DNA of 60,699 bases, the filler included, from Hausera hauseri (lineage: Eukaryota), in the NCBI GenBank assembly GCA_046269625.1. It is 10 parts of 10 records of this genome, joined end to end, with 100 filler letters (N's around TTAATTAATTAA, not from the genome) between each part and the next. Parts side by side here need not be neighbours in the genome. Positions count along the whole stretch, not along the records: positions 31,111 to 38,272 come from JBJURY010034002.1; positions 38,373 to 45,242 come from JBJURY010056440.1; positions 45,343 to 50,159 come from JBJURY010425475.1; 7 more parts are not named here. One strand, given 5' to 3'. The translations under genes and the position numbers were made by a program. The notes under the pieces were generated by a model. The model searched no databases, was not told the DNA's origin, and worked only from the letters and a program-made list of their open reading frames with translations. Positions 37,001-50,159 of the stretch are shown one piece after another; positions within the stretch are counted from its first letter, which is position 1, and every line of letters starts with the position of its first letter.

Positions 37001-37626
37001 AACTTATCGATCCATGTAGTAGTAAACTGCAGTAATTATTGTGTTCTTAATTACTTCTTACCCACTTGATTAGGATGACTTTATTTCATATTCGGTGACG
37101 TGATCCTCTTGCTCTGAATGCTGGTCTATACCAGGAAGACCGCCACTAAAATCACTTTCATGTGCTTTCGAATATACGTCTTCGTCATCCAATCAAGTAT
37201 TCTGCGTAATTTCTCTGCTTTTGAATATCTAGTGGTTTTTTGATGTCTTTTCAATTATTAAGTCACATATATCGTGTATCAGACAATAGCTGCGACAACT
37301 AAACAAACAAAGAATAGCTATTACCATGACATCATTAATACTACTTCCACAGATTTCATTTCATGCATTTTAACTGTGAAATATTGGCATATTTAGTAAG
37401 TAATTACTCAAAAATGTTAAATACAACCTACTAATTGCACCTCTAACTTTAAACAATGACATGCTAAACATGTCACAGTATTTATTCGAATAAAATCATT
37501 TAAAATGTGCCGGTAACCTGTATAAACAATGTCTTAAAAGAAAACTTCTAAATTACAACACTTCAGGAAAAAAATAACTTTGTATGCGGTGTGGGGCATA
37601 TTTGCACCCAAAGGATCTCATAAGGA
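34077..37626 (-). mobile_element. piggyBac-family transposon, degenerate, interrupted by a mariner
   Basis: TTAA at both ends (34073-34076, 37627-37630). Imperfect TIR CTCTCATGAGAACCTT vs rc TCCTTATGAGATCCTT. Transposase pieces EFKAFIGLLLLAG, F.ERC...QYIP.KP, GRNVVGDNLFTS. C-terminal Cys-rich RCHVCPR...CDNC...VC. Confidence 0.85.
35768..37019 (+). mobile_element. mariner (DD34D, irritans/Himar1-like) element, defective transposase at about 35944-36953
   Basis: About 33-bp TIR CTATATGGATAGATATATTTCCTGATTTACTAA vs rc CTACATGGATCGATAAGTTTCCTCGTTTACTAA, TA flanks, about 1.25 kb. IHYLYLKG..AEI, SGHPKEV, WVLRVLT, TIDET, PYSLDL. Confidence 0.9.
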
Positions 37627-37799
37627 TTAAGTATAACGGTCCCTAAGACTACTGACAAAGTAATTAAGATGTAAGACAGTAAATAACAATTTAAGAAAAC
37701 TGCTTATTTGAAAAATCTGTTCATACGTCCATTAAGGTATTCAAACAAATTAAATATTATTAACAGTCTCACACCCCTCTATGTTGTCTAAAACATAGT

Positions 37800-38272
37800 C
37801 TGTTAGCCAATCCACAATGCAATCTGGAGGTTTCCTGATTCCTTTTTGACGAAACCCGAATTTTCTTCAATTTGACTTATCTGATGCTGAACATTTTGTG
37901 TAATGCTTGCCGACCTGATGTGACTTACAGTCTTTGGAATACATCTACTTTATTCGTCGCATTGTTGTTTGTTAATCGCGTAATTTTCCTTTATGGCCAA
38001 ACATCTTTACATCTAGTAAGGACCGGTTTCAAATAAACTTGATCGCTAACTGTGAAGCCATCATTATGGAATATATATCTCTGATTCTGATTCAACCCAT
38101 CGTTTCCGAGATGAGTAATTTTCTCTCCAAAAGTACCGTTGAGGGCGGATCCCCATTTTATGTTGGTTTCACATTGTACCAGAACACTTTTACCGGCTGT
38201 CGCTGCCATACGCTTGACTGTCCAGCATTGACAACGTTCAGCATCCCATTTCCAGAGGGCTTCATCGCGCGT
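37800..38272 (-). mobile_element. Probable Gypsy integrase C-terminal remnant
   Basis: Across frameshifts: SGNG..ERC..TVKRMAA, WYNVKP, F.VSDQVYLKP...RC...W. Confidence 0.4.
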
Positions 38273-38659
38273 NNNNNNNNNNNNNNNNNNNNNNNNNNNN
38301 NNNNNNNNNNNNNNNNTTAATTAATTAANNNNNNNNNNNNNNNNNNNNNNNNNNNNNNNNNNNNNNNNNNNNATCAGGCTGATGGCTGCCAGGTGGTGTC
38401 AATCAGCAGCCATCAGCAGGACAGGCTGCAGGCAGGCAGGACCCTTACACTTACATTCCTATAAAAAATATTAAAATAAAAGTTAAAGAATAAAAGGTTT
38501 CAAGTTTCATTTCTCAAATCCACAACCCATCAGGGAAGACAGGGAAAAGAGAGCATGATTTGCATGGGAGTTCAGCTCACACGAACAGTTACTTGTTGCA
38601 GCGTTTAAGCTTGGAACTCCTCATTTTTCAACTTGAACAGAGAAAGCTTCTTGAACGAG

Positions 38660-39006
38660 AGTTGAGAGGTCACATTTCTCCAGTTTTAACTTCTCTCCAT
38701 TGGCTCCCTGTCAAATGCAGAATAGAAATCAAAATCTTAATCCTAAAATAGCTACAAAGCTCTCAACAACCTAGCTCCATCTTGTATTAAAGATCATATT
38801 GCTACATATTTTCCTAACAGAGCACTTCACTCTCAGACTGCAGGTTTACTTGTGGTTCCTAGAGTTTTTAAAAGCAGAATGGAGGAAGATCTTTCAGTTC
38901 TCAGGCTCCTCTCTTGTGGAAACAACTTCCAGTTTCTGTCCATAAGGCTGACACATTGTCCAGTTTGAAGACTGGACTTAAGACTTTCCTTTTGATAAAT
39001 CTTAGA
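38660..39006 (+). mobile_element. L2-clade LINE ORF2 3' fragment (teleost type)
   Basis: HISPVLTSLHWLPVKCRIEIKIL..YKALNNLAP...RALHSQTAGLLVVPRV.KSRM...APLLW.QLP...LKTFL. Confidence 0.88.
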
Positions 39007-39718
39007 TAAGGCTGAGTGTAGTCTACATGTTTGTAATGGTTCTACCACAGTAAAGTTAGAAGTTGGGCATCGTTGAAGCCACGGAACGCAAATGTCCAAC
39101 GTAAAACTAACTTTACCACGGTCGGTCCATGTACTGTGCTTAAAAACCAAAGTACATTGGTTAGTACAATGTAATCATCAATTTATTTAGATTTTTAAGC
39201 ATACTGAACATTTCCAAATTTCTCTGATGCTTATATTTGAATACATGAACAGCAAACTTTGTACAACAGTTTGTATTAAAACATGTTTTAGAATTTATAA
39301 AACAGTATCAAAGCAAAACATGTTCAAGTATTAAGTAGTAAGTACAGAAGTATTAATTATACAATAATTTGCTGGATAGGCAAAGCGCTGCATACCGACA
39401 GATTAATACGGAAGCATTTAACTGTCGTTTAATGTATCATGACACACGTCTAATGATATGTCATGTATCATTGGACACTTTTAAGTGCTTATACTGAAAT
39501 TATTAAGCTTTTCTAGTGGGTATACTCTGTATACCTGCGTATCGCGTAGACTACACAACTGGTTTCCAGAGCTATCCCACAGTTATGCTGCTATAGGTTC
39601 AGACTGCAGACAAACTGTCCACATTTCCTCGCTCTGCAGCTGTATTTAGTCGCTCTACTCTCCATGTTTGTATTTGTAATTATTTCTGTCATTAACATGG
39701 TTTTCGTTGTCTTTCTTC

Positions 39719-40088
39719 TAGGGGTGCACCAGCTGCAGTTTTCTGGCCGATCATCAATTTCTAAAAATCCTGACCTGCCGATTCCAATTTTGGCCGATGC
39801 CGATTTTGTTTTATAAGCGACGCTGTCAGGTGTTATAAGGTCACGATGCACCTTCAATTTTCCAATATTATTTTATTGAAAAACATACCCTTGAACAATA
39901 TCCTAGAAACAATACAAACTCATTTCAACTGGCCATGAGGTAGTGCTCTGAAATATAAATGAAGTTCAGACAATTATTGTAAAAATTAAAAAAAAAAATC
40001 AGTAAAATCTGTTTCTCGTGGAAGTATCGGTCGATCGCAGATCATCCAAAATTAAGAAAATCAGGACCGATAAATCGGTGCACCCCTA
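39719..40088. mobile_element. hAT-like non-autonomous element
   Basis: TIR TAGGGGTGCACC...GGTGCACCCCTA, subterminal CCGAT repeats, imperfect 8-bp flanks CTTTCTTC / CTTCCGTC. Confidence 0.75.
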
Positions 40089-40398
40089 CTTCCGTCCTAT
40101 AGAAAGTACACCTGGACCTTTCGTGCTGGGTTCATCTGTCTCTATCCTGTCCTTTAACCTAGTCAAGGCAGAAATGGCTGCTTGTCCAGAGCCTGGTTCT
40201 GCTGGAGGTCTCTTCCTGTTAGAAGGGAGTTTTTCCTTTCCACTGTCGCCAATATGCTGCTCAAGATGGACGTTCACAACAAAGTGAAGATTCAACACAA
40301 TCTGCTGAAACCCTTAGATACAAAACTTTATTTTATAAAGTGCATGAATGTTTTTGTACAGAGGTCACTTTGTACATAATTAATTAATTCATACTTAC

Positions 40399-40439
40399 TC
40401 ATTGGCTTCCAGTGTTTTTCTCTCTATAGTAGATGCCAT
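40399..40439 (-). CDS. lmo2: First coding exon of teleost LIM domain only 2 (rest of the gene lies beyond the contig start)
   Basis: ATG GCA TCT ACT ATA GAG AGA AAA ACA CTG GAA GCC AAT GA|GTAAGT = MASTIERKTLEAN(E), the N-terminus I recall for fish Lmo2. GC-rich 5' region upstream. Confidence 0.85.
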
Positions 40440-40970
40440 TCTTGACTGTGGAGACAGGCGCGCACCTGCTGCCGTGCACCTTAAAGATCCTGGAGAAAAC
40501 GCGCTTTCAGATGATCTTTGGTGTCCAGCTCTACAGAACTGTCCTCGGAGGCAGACACGTCTCCTCTAAGCTGCTCTGCGCTGAAGGACACTGGCTGTCA
40601 TCATTTCCTGAGGCAGTCGCACGACCCCGTGCCTTTCGGGTCCAAAGCGGGACAGTAAACCCTGCTCAGACCGCACCGGTCCGATCAGAAGCTCAGCACA
40701 GAGGATCTCCGTGTCCGAGCCCCGGAGCGGACGCAGCGCGCGGCGGACTCGCTCCTGCACGTGAAGCCGCCGAGGAGCGGCAGCGGCATGATGTCCAAAG
40801 AGCGCAGGCCCTGCTGTCCTCTCTGCTTCTGTTCCTTCTTCCTGTTCACGAGCGCTTCACAATGACGGGAAATGGGTCTTAAAGCGACAGCGGGTCGTGA
40901 CGGAGGCTAATGGGCTGGGGGGTGGAGGTGGGGGTGGGGGGGTGATGGGACACAAGATAAAGAGACGCAC
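40440..40970 (-). promoter_or_regulatory. GC-rich 5'UTR/proximal promoter of lmo2 with ETS (CTTCCTG), E-box (CACGTG) and GATA (AGATAA) motifs
   Basis: CpG-rich island directly upstream of the ATG. Motifs at about 40838, 40758 and 40955. Function is inferred. Confidence 0.45.
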
Positions 40971-43868
40971 GATTTGTTTGTTTTTATTTCTAACGGCACA
41001 GCTGTCTCCTTCTTACCCATGTGAAGTGGAAAAACATGTTTAGGCAAATTACCTTAAAACTCTAGTTCAGATTTGAGGACGTGTCATCCTTTGGAAAGGT
41101 TTGAAGCAATAAACATCTTACCTGTTGTGGATAACGCTTTGAACAACATCAAGGCTCTACGAAATAGACATATCTTTTTTTTTTTTGCTGCTCCTGTATA
41201 AATGACAGATGGAGCTGGCCATGTTTCAAATTAACCCAGTTTGATAAATCTCTTTGTGGTGAACTATTTCTTTAAACTAAATACAAAGTTCCTGTGTGTC
41301 ATCATTCATCTTCCCTTGGTAATAATTTTGTTTGTTTGTTGTTTAGTCCCACAACGAGTTGTGCACTTACCACACGTCATCACTGCATCTCATGAGGCAC
41401 AAAGTTGGTTCACAGTTTCACATGTTGATCATTTCACCTCTGTCTCTGCACAGCACAAAGGCATATCGGGGATCTTTGATCCGTTCAAAGATCCCATCAA
41501 GACCCGGGGCACTTTCAATATAATTCAATTCAGTTCAGTTTATTTATATAACATCAACAGTAGTTATCTCAGGACACTGTGCAAATACATAAAAAGTCAA
41601 TTAGTAAAATTATTTATCTAAGGATATGATTATGAATGAACACGGCCATGAGACGTAGGGGTGTGGGTGATGCAGCACCCCTTGATGTAGAGGTCATGCA
41701 GGGTTTAAAAAACTGATAAAAACATGAACAAAATTGTAATTTTTGTTTATAAACCTGTGTGGAAAACTGTTACAGCTGCTTAAACCCCACAAAACATGTG
41801 TATTAGCAGGACAGGATTGCATTTTTTTGCACGTATTTCCAAAATATACAGCTTAATTTTAATAAGACAATGTGCACTGCCACAGTGTGTTACACCCTAT
41901 TTGTTATTGTGATAGTCTTCAAATGAATGTTTAGAGTCACACAAGTTCACATACAAATGGCTGAACAGGAGTATATTAATATGTCAGCTAGAATACACAT
42001 GTGATGTCAATCTGACAACAGTGTTAAAGATTATAACTTTATGACATGGCAGATGCTAACAGTGAATGTCTGTTTTGATTTGAGGCTTGCGCAGACTTTT
42101 GACATTTTAATCCTGAGAAACTTACATAAACTGAGGTTGTATCTACAACAGGTAACATATTAATTGTTCACAACCTTTAAACAAAACCACTTTCAAAGAT
42201 CATAAATATTATTTCAAAATTCACAGAACATGAAATGGTTTATTAAGTTGTTATAAGATAACTTTTATTGTAAATAGCAAATTGGATACAACAAAACACA
42301 TTTTAATAAAAAAAACATCTCAGATTAAAGTACTATATAAAAGCATCACATTGTATTAGTATTTACTTCTGCAACTTGTGACAGCATGCTTTGTTTTTTA
42401 ATCACCTTACCATTTTTAGATACAAAATAAAATTGTGTTTTGTTACCAGATCAGTTTTTGTCATCCCAAATCTGGTTAAAAAATAATAATAAAAAAATAC
42501 TTAACTGATATTTATATAACTTCCTGCTACTTGAACTGCTGTTGGACTAGTTAGGCAGGAAATCCAATTTATTCATTTTTCATTGCTTTTCCACACACAT
42601 TTGTCAACAGAACTTAAAAAAACGTTCATGAACTTTTGAGAATTATGCTCCAAAACCAATACCTGTCACCCCTCAAAATATCATCTGAGAAATACACACT
42701 ATTTATTTCTTGCTGGTTTCTTGGAGGCTTTCATTTACAAAGCAGAGCTCCTGTGGGTCTCTCTTATCTGCTGCCAGCGCTTCAGGGCTGCCTGCAGAGG
42801 GAGGGACGCAGGCAGCAGTTGGACTGTGAAGACAAAACACCTCAGCGCCAGCAGCCAGAAGCAGCGCGGGCTAACTCTAGATGTAGGCTGAAAGCTTCCC
42901 TGGGCTGTTCAGCTGCTGGACTACATAAAGGCTCGCTGGACGAACACCAAGCTGAACAGGCCCAGGAGCAAGGTGAACATGACTGCTGTGTGCCAGCTAC
43001 ACAGAAAGCTGAGCAGCTTTAGAGGGATCCAAACTCACACTGCAAATCCCTCAAATGAAAAAACAATCTGTGGTTTTTAATCTGTTGTCTTTGTACAGCA
43101 CAACAGCACAGTGGAGGGTCTGTGTTGCATTAAACTATAACAAACATTAATCCGTCAATGTTCCTCTCTGCAGATACTTGATAAAAACAATCTTGGCATT
43201 CTGCGCGGCTGATCAGGAGCTCCCCATCAGCTGATGGTGCTAGAAGCAGACAAAACACATTTTAATATGTTCATTTAGTACGTTGCAAAATTTTAATACT
43301 TTTTCAGTCACACAGTTCAGGACAAACAAAGTGAATGTATTATAATACATACATACATGTAACAGTACAATGAATACAATAAGGCCTATAATAAAAACAA
43401 AATACATTTATCATCTAAACATTTCTAAACAAGAAATTCTGGGTCAAGACTAGAAACGAGTGTTGATCAGTACATGTTACTGAGTAAATGGGACATGAGG
43501 TAGAAATAGATTTGGATATACAGTTAGCAGTGCAGAGGTTTTTAGAAGCAGAGATTCAGGTGCAAAAAAATTTATAGCTAAAAAAGACTTGTGCAGGTAG
43601 CTATAAATGTGCAAAGATGCAGGTAATAAAGGCATAGTGGTACTGCAGCTGACATATAAACAGATTAAGATATAAATAGATAAAGATCTTAAATGGCAAA
43701 CAAGTCTATTGTGTGTTTGTGCGTCTCTGAGTCCATCGTGTTTGACCTTTTACCTCATATATACACCATGTACCTGTATTTAGATACATTTAATACAGAC
43801 ATAATGGTACAGCTGCTGAGATATAAACAAAGATAGCATAATATATAAACAGATTAAGATATAAATAG

Positions 43869-44210
43869 ATCCATACATCTATCCATTAGCTGCCGCTTAT
43901 CTGGGGTTCAGGTCACGGGGGCAGCAACCTTAGCAAAGAGGCCCAGACCTCCCTCTCTCTATCCACTTCAACCAGCTCCACCGGAGGGATACCGAGCCGT
44001 TCCCAGGCCAGCTGGGTGTTATAATCTCCCCAGCATGTCCTGAGTCTTCCCCGGGGTCTCCTTTTGGTTGGGCTTGTCTGAAACACTTCACCAGGGAGGC
44101 AATCAGGAGGCCCGAACCACCTCAACTGGCTCCTCTCGACGTGAAGGAGTAGCAGCTCCATTCCGAGTCTGTCCCGAACTTCTCACCCTGTCTATAAGGG
44201 AGAGTCCAGA
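43869..44210 (-). mobile_element. RTE-clade LINE 3' fragment (Rex3/Expander-like)
   Basis: ELLLLHVERSQLRWFG..LPGEVFQ..PT.RRPRGR.RT.W.DY...LAWERLGIPP.EL.EV..EREVWASLLRLLPP, with a GATG-like tail at 43869-43887. Confidence 0.9.
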
Positions 44211-45579
44211 CTTAAACTCCTCCACTTGAAGCATTACAGACCCAGAGAGAACCATATAAATAGATTATAATACCAAATGCCAAACAAGACTATTGTGTGT
44301 TTGTGCGTGTCTGAGTCCATAATGTTTGTGTGTCGGAGTCCATCGTGCAGTATTTTCACCCACCTAAAATCACCTCCACTTAAACCAGTACAAAACCATA
44401 TGAAACTCTCCCGAATCGATTAGAAGACACAAAACCTGTAATTCACCTAAAAAAACACCCGATAACGTCCATGTAATTACTAAAAATGGCCACCAGAAGG
44501 CGACATTTATCCATGAATTCCAGAGCTCAATAAAAAAATTAATGTGGAGTTATTTGTCGGGTGGTGGGGGGGGACTAGAGCTTTTCTAAAATTTAAGCGG
44601 AATCTGCCATTCTGCTGATGTGGTATAGTCTGCCAAAGCTTTCATGATTATATAATATAAACAAATGCTTTAATTTTAGGAATTTGGGATTCACAAAATA
44701 AATACAGAAAATAGAACATGTTAAAGTAATTTGGGTTCTGTGGGTTTGGTGATCAGAGGTAGCAAAGGAGAATTGTACTGGAATAATGACTATCAGAGGT
44801 CATCTTATAGTCATGAAATGATGTATAAAGAATTTATTTCATTCATTTATTAAATGTGTAGTAGCACACAGGTGAAACACATGCAGATACCAGCAGCTCC
44901 ATCACCATTCCGTAAGTTATCTTTAGTATACTATATATTATTGTATTCTGTGAAGCAAAATTGTGTAAATGTTACCTCAGAATAATGTCAAATATTGACA
45001 TACTACTTATATAATTCTAGGTAAATAATTGGTTGTAGCTTAATAGTTCAATTAAAAATTTAAAAAGTATCATTTTCCTTTGGTGTTTTTTTTCCGCTTG
45101 CCTACCTGATTAAAGCAATCCCTCACTATTCCCTGTTTGAGAATTAAAATACGTAATGGTGGTTCACACCTCTTCACCTATTCAAATCACTTTAAATAGA
45201 TTAGAGGACACACAACACTTATAATTCCCCTCACAAGACGACNNNNNNNNNNNNNNNNNNNNNNNNNNNNNNNNNNNNNNNNNNNNTTAATTAATTAANN
45301 NNNNNNNNNNNNNNNNNNNNNNNNNNNNNNNNNNNNNNNNNNTTAATTATGAGATTACTGGTGAATCATTTTAGAAACTGTAAATACTGGATCAATTAAT
45401 TTCTACTATATTCATTCACCCTTTACTCTGTCAACAGTGCTGTTTTGTCGGATTTACCGGCCTTTTCTGTAAAAAAATTTTTATAGTCAAATGTGAAGTT
45501 TTGTTTTAAAACAATAAAAAAATTAACTTTCGCGTTGAACTTTTCCATATTGAAAGATTTATTTTCTTCTCAATTTCAA

Positions 45580-47799
45580 AGATTATCTAGAATGATTAAG
45601 CAATCGATGGATCTTGATGCGGTTCGTGATAAATTAGAAACGTATGCGTACAAAAACGAGCTGAAAATTTTGGCCGATGTCAATCTCATATTCAGCAAAT
45701 GTTGCGCTTATAAAGACGTTTCACGACTTGTACGCGACATTCCGGAAATATTCGACGAGAAGTACAGTAAAGTATGCAAATTAAGCAAATTGTTGGCTGC
45801 ACCGGCAGCCGTAGCAACTGTTATAAAGGCAGATCCGACGTTTGCAATTAAGCCAGTTCCTACTCCTGGATGCCAATTTGATGCAGCAACGGCATTTGAG
45901 TCATTTTAGAAGGAATATCCTCATTTGGTAAATTAGTTTGTCAATTGGGAAGGATGCATGTCTAAATTTTCTGAGGGGAGGAACACACCATACCAGCCGG
46001 CGTTATTTGATCACGTTAATGATTACGTCGGGTTACTAACAAAGCAATGCTTGGATTTGGATTGTTCGATTTATAATGAAACCAATAATTGGTGTCAGAA
46101 AATTTTTTCAGACATGTCGTGCTGCTCGGACGTTTGAATGTTGGACAATCATTTTTTCACGAAGGTAAGATTTTTTCGTAACATTTTCACGAATTATAAA
46201 CATCACAATGTCCTTGATAAAAGTATGGATTGAAAGGAGAACACGCTATATTGCAATTTTCTGAACATGTTTTTGAATACCTTATACAAGGTCCTCTTAA
46301 AAATGGCGAGTCAATCGTAACCAAATTTAAAATTAATAGAAGCGATCCAGAAGGAATAATAAGAAATCAATTAGAGGGTCATTCTGATGTTCAAGATCCC
46401 GCAGCCAATTGGGGTCTGCCGGGAATGAATAAAACCGAATATTCTGCGATAAGAGAGGAAGCAAGTAAAGTTGCTGCTGCTTTACAAAGTGCTTTAGAAT
46501 TGCCTGCAATCCAGCCATATTCTGAGCAACTTGGTCCATTGGGTGCCTACCAGGATCTGGTTGGTCTTGCTGAATGATACAAAAATCGTGCCGAGGAGGG
46601 TAAAAACGACCTTTTGCTATTGCGTAAGTATAGCAAGATTTATATCCAAGCTAGACCAAGCACCCGACGTCTTACACATTTTGAAATGGTCACAAATGAA
46701 GCAGGAGCTCAAGTCTGTCTTTACATTCCAGCATTGCCTTTCCATAAGAAAAAATTATTCGAACGTGCAACAACTGTGATAGGACGTATCGGATTGTTTA
46801 CGGAATCGGGAAGATACACAGATAATCGAGATGAAGTTGAGCCTGAAAGCAGAAATTATATGATTGTTATAAATAATGTTGACGAATCTCCGTCAAATAT
46901 TGGATCTACTCCTTCTCGTCCGTTTCTACCGTCTATGAATGCACCAGGTTTTGTGTCCACGGATATATCTGCTGGTAGCCTTTTTGATCAAGGGAGATTT
47001 GCAAGCTTCGGTAAACGTGATTTACAGTTGAATAACGAAGGAAACGCAATCAGAATGGCAGCTGAACGACAACAGGAAGAACTTTCAATATCCCATCAAG
47101 CCGAAGTACGAGTGTATGGCAGTTGAAGTGCAAATTTGAGAAGAATTACCAAAACTGAAAGCAATGCTCGAAGGTAGTCCTAGTGACGCGGAACAGGCCC
47201 ATGAATATATGCGAGAAACATCGGCACTTAATGGTCATTTCATGCCTTCTCAACGTGGTCGACACCAGCCACTTTCACCGTATGACGTTGCTGTCAATGA
47301 GGCGGCCTACCATCTTGTTAAAGGCAACATAGGCCTGCTTACATACCGAAAAGTATTGACAAAACTAGCTAAGAAGCTTGTCAGAGTATCTGGTTACTCT
47401 TTCTGCCACAGTACGATAGGCGACAAAAAGGATTATAACACAACGAATATGTGGCTGTACAATCAGGAAAATATTCCCGAACTTTATCTATCTCCGGCAG
47501 TTCGAGTACTAAGTGATTCTTTAGAAGTCGGATCGGCTTATTCGATGCTCAGTAGCACTTACGTTCCTGTTATTGTAGAAATGTCCGTGAAGTTGGATAG
47601 TGATGATGCCGATGAAGACATATACAAACCCGAAGAGTTTAAGAATCAGGAAGTACTGGGCAATATGAACGTTAATTGTGAAGCCGAAGGCAATGTACTC
47701 AACGAAAGCGCAATCTACATTTACACGAACACCGATCAATTAAAGAAAGTTCGAATACTGTATTTCAACAACTTCCTTTACAAGCATCATGCCGATTGA
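45580..47799 (+). pseudogene. Gene remnant: C-terminal half of a bromodomain plus two NAB conserved domain 2 (NCD2) repeats
   Basis: DYLE.IKQSMDL..V..KL....Y......DVNLIFSKCCAY (bromodomain). LRKYSKIY...LTHFEMVTNEAGAQVC...LF and MRETSALNGHF...LSPYDVAVNEAAYHL....LL..R..L..LAKKLVR (NCD2 signature RKYS.IYGRF...L..HEL.VNEAAAQ). Stops at 46575 and 47124. Confidence 0.7.
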
Positions 47800-49229
47800 C
47801 ATCAATTACTGCTACAATCTTGTCGATCTCAATCTGTACAACAATTTCATTCCCTACTTGCCCCGATGTCTCTTTCTACCAAATCTGATGAAACATAATC
47901 TCAGACGAAATCGATTTCTGACCGTTCCGCTTTTTGAACAATCCCCAAAATTATTTTCCGTTGAAATTGACGAGAACGTTTGTCCGAAGCTTAACAAAGA
48001 AAGTCTAGCATATTTCTGTTTGGAATTAACGTACATTAACGACAAAAAAATTGATAATTACTGTAAGGTTCCACATTACAAAAAATATATATTTGAATTT
48101 AATGAAACACTATTTAGGAATAATACCCGTCAAACCAAATGAGTAAAAATTATTCAATACTAATAAAATTTGAAAATCACAACATAAAATCACGGATTCG
48201 CCAAACATCAAAAATTTCTCAAAATTCCTACACGAAACAACATAAGAAACATAAATAAATTAAAAAACAATTAGGGGATTGCAAGTACTGGGGCAATCAG
48301 CACTTGTAGCCAACAAAAAAATCACAAAAACAAATCTGTGGATTTAAACTCATTTGTTTAAATCCACAGTTTAAAGTCTCCGGTCAAGTATTCAAAAAGA
48401 AAATGAGCGAATTGACCAGCGGTAGCAACAAGATGCTTTCCAAAAAAAACGAAAGAACCGACCAGTAATAGCAGCAAGATGCTTCCAACAGCCAACAACC
48501 ATGCCAAAGAGCAATTGTGCTCAACCAAGGCACCGAAACCTGGGGAACCAATCTCCAAAGAAGGCACAAAATTCACATTAGTCGGGATTGCCGAAAGGAA
48601 TATGCGTGTAGCTCCGAACTACCGGATACCAAAACGGCCTCAATCAGAGGTGACTACGGTGCGAGATCTAGACACCAGCCAAACCTCGACAGTCAAAACT
48701 GACCAGCCGTGCCTGACCCGGCGAGACACCGTCTCCAGAGAAAGACGACGCCGCAAGACCACCAAGTGGGCCTCGTACCGGTCCTACTCGGACTTTCTGA
48801 CGGTACGGGAGTTGCTACAACGGAGCCGCTTCGTACGGCACCTGACCAGGTTGGGATGGAATAACCCCTATTCCTTACCCGGTGGAACGCTCCATCGGTT
48901 TTATGAGGACGGGTAAAATTGACGTCTTTTCGACTCGTCGGTTTTCCTGACGGTCTTCCTGAGACTGATGGCGGCCGCCGACCGCCTCTACAAATCGCTG
49001 GCTCCATTGAAGAGCCAGTTGATTACCGACCGTCGAACCGCTGACAAGCCGCAGGCTAGGACAGTGAGCTCCAGCCGAGGCGGTTTGAGCCGACAAGGCT
49101 TTAACCAACATCAACCGATTCCAGTTCGGACGACGTTCCAACCGGTGTACGCCGAGGTCTCCGAAATGGCCCGGCATTGTCCTCTACGGACGCCTCGTAC
49201 TCCTCGATTGACTTGACCAACAATAATTG

Positions 49230-50159
49230 TGACAATTACCCCGTTTTTCTCATTGTCTTGTGACATTTTTAGTTTATTGTTTTATTACTATTACGAGGTG
49301 GGCCAGAGGTAAGGCCTGCATTAAGGCCCAAACTACTAAAATGGTGGCATCGGTTACCGCATTTACGCTTTTCAATACAAATTCAGCCATTAAAATCAAT
49401 CCGGCTTAAACACTGCACACAGCAGTTGATAACAATCCGGCTAAAATTCGCACAAGTGCCGTCGAAATTAATCCGCTCACACAATGGTGTATCAACAAGT
49501 ATGATCACGTAACACCCACTGACAGTTGTATCAGCAAAATCAACTACAATCAGATAATCACAATGAGTGATTCTGAACAAGTGCTAAAATATTCTAGCAC
49601 TAACACACGCGCCAACACCATAAAATCCGAATACAAACCGGATTATACGAACCGTGCCAAAAATAGCACACACAACAAGCGAAAATTCGCTATTTAACCA
49701 TTCATCCAATCGTCAGTCGATTGACATTGCCAACAAAATTCACTATGGTGAAACACCATCAACCGATTGTACGCCAAACGAAGTACAACTCATTGAACAA
49801 AATTGGCGTCATACGAAAACTCATCGCTTTCCATCTACTCTAGACATGTCGGGTATGCTGGACGTTTTAAAGCAACAATATCCCGAGCATACATTTTCCC
49901 ATAATGGAAAGATATTGGGTAAGAATAATTGCGCAATCAGCGCAATATTCACACAAAACAACACTATACTGGCGACTCCCGGACTAAATGAAGGCGTCAA
50001 CACTCATACATCCGACAAAAAAGCCGAAACTGCATCATCGGCACCGGCCAAACCTCCAAAATGAGCATGTCCAATCTTCTTAATAGGTTCGGACGGAACG
50101 CCATTGAAGTGGTTCCATGTGTTTGAAACATGGGCTACTCAATGCAGCATCACTGGCCA
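49230..50159 (+). mobile_element. LTR retroelement 5' region: tRNA-Leu-like PBS and gag start
   Basis: TGGTGGCATCGGT at 49342-49354 (12/13 match to the tRNA-Leu PBS TGGTGGCAGCGGT). Gag-like P..WFHVFETWATQCSIT at the contig end. Confidence 0.5.

Noticed and set aside
40433-40882. 149-aa plus-strand ORF
   Set aside because: It is antisense to the GC-rich lmo2 5' region and has no recognisable domain; likely an open frame caused by high GC.
42636-43022. 128-aa ORF in the fish contig
   Set aside because: No ATG start, domain or clear splice structure. It may be regulatory or repeat sequence, and I cannot support a call.
47789-49216. ORFs of 117, 145 and 82 aa upstream of the PBS at 49342
   Set aside because: No recognisable motifs. 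Probably LTR or accessory retroelement sequence, but unassignable by eye.
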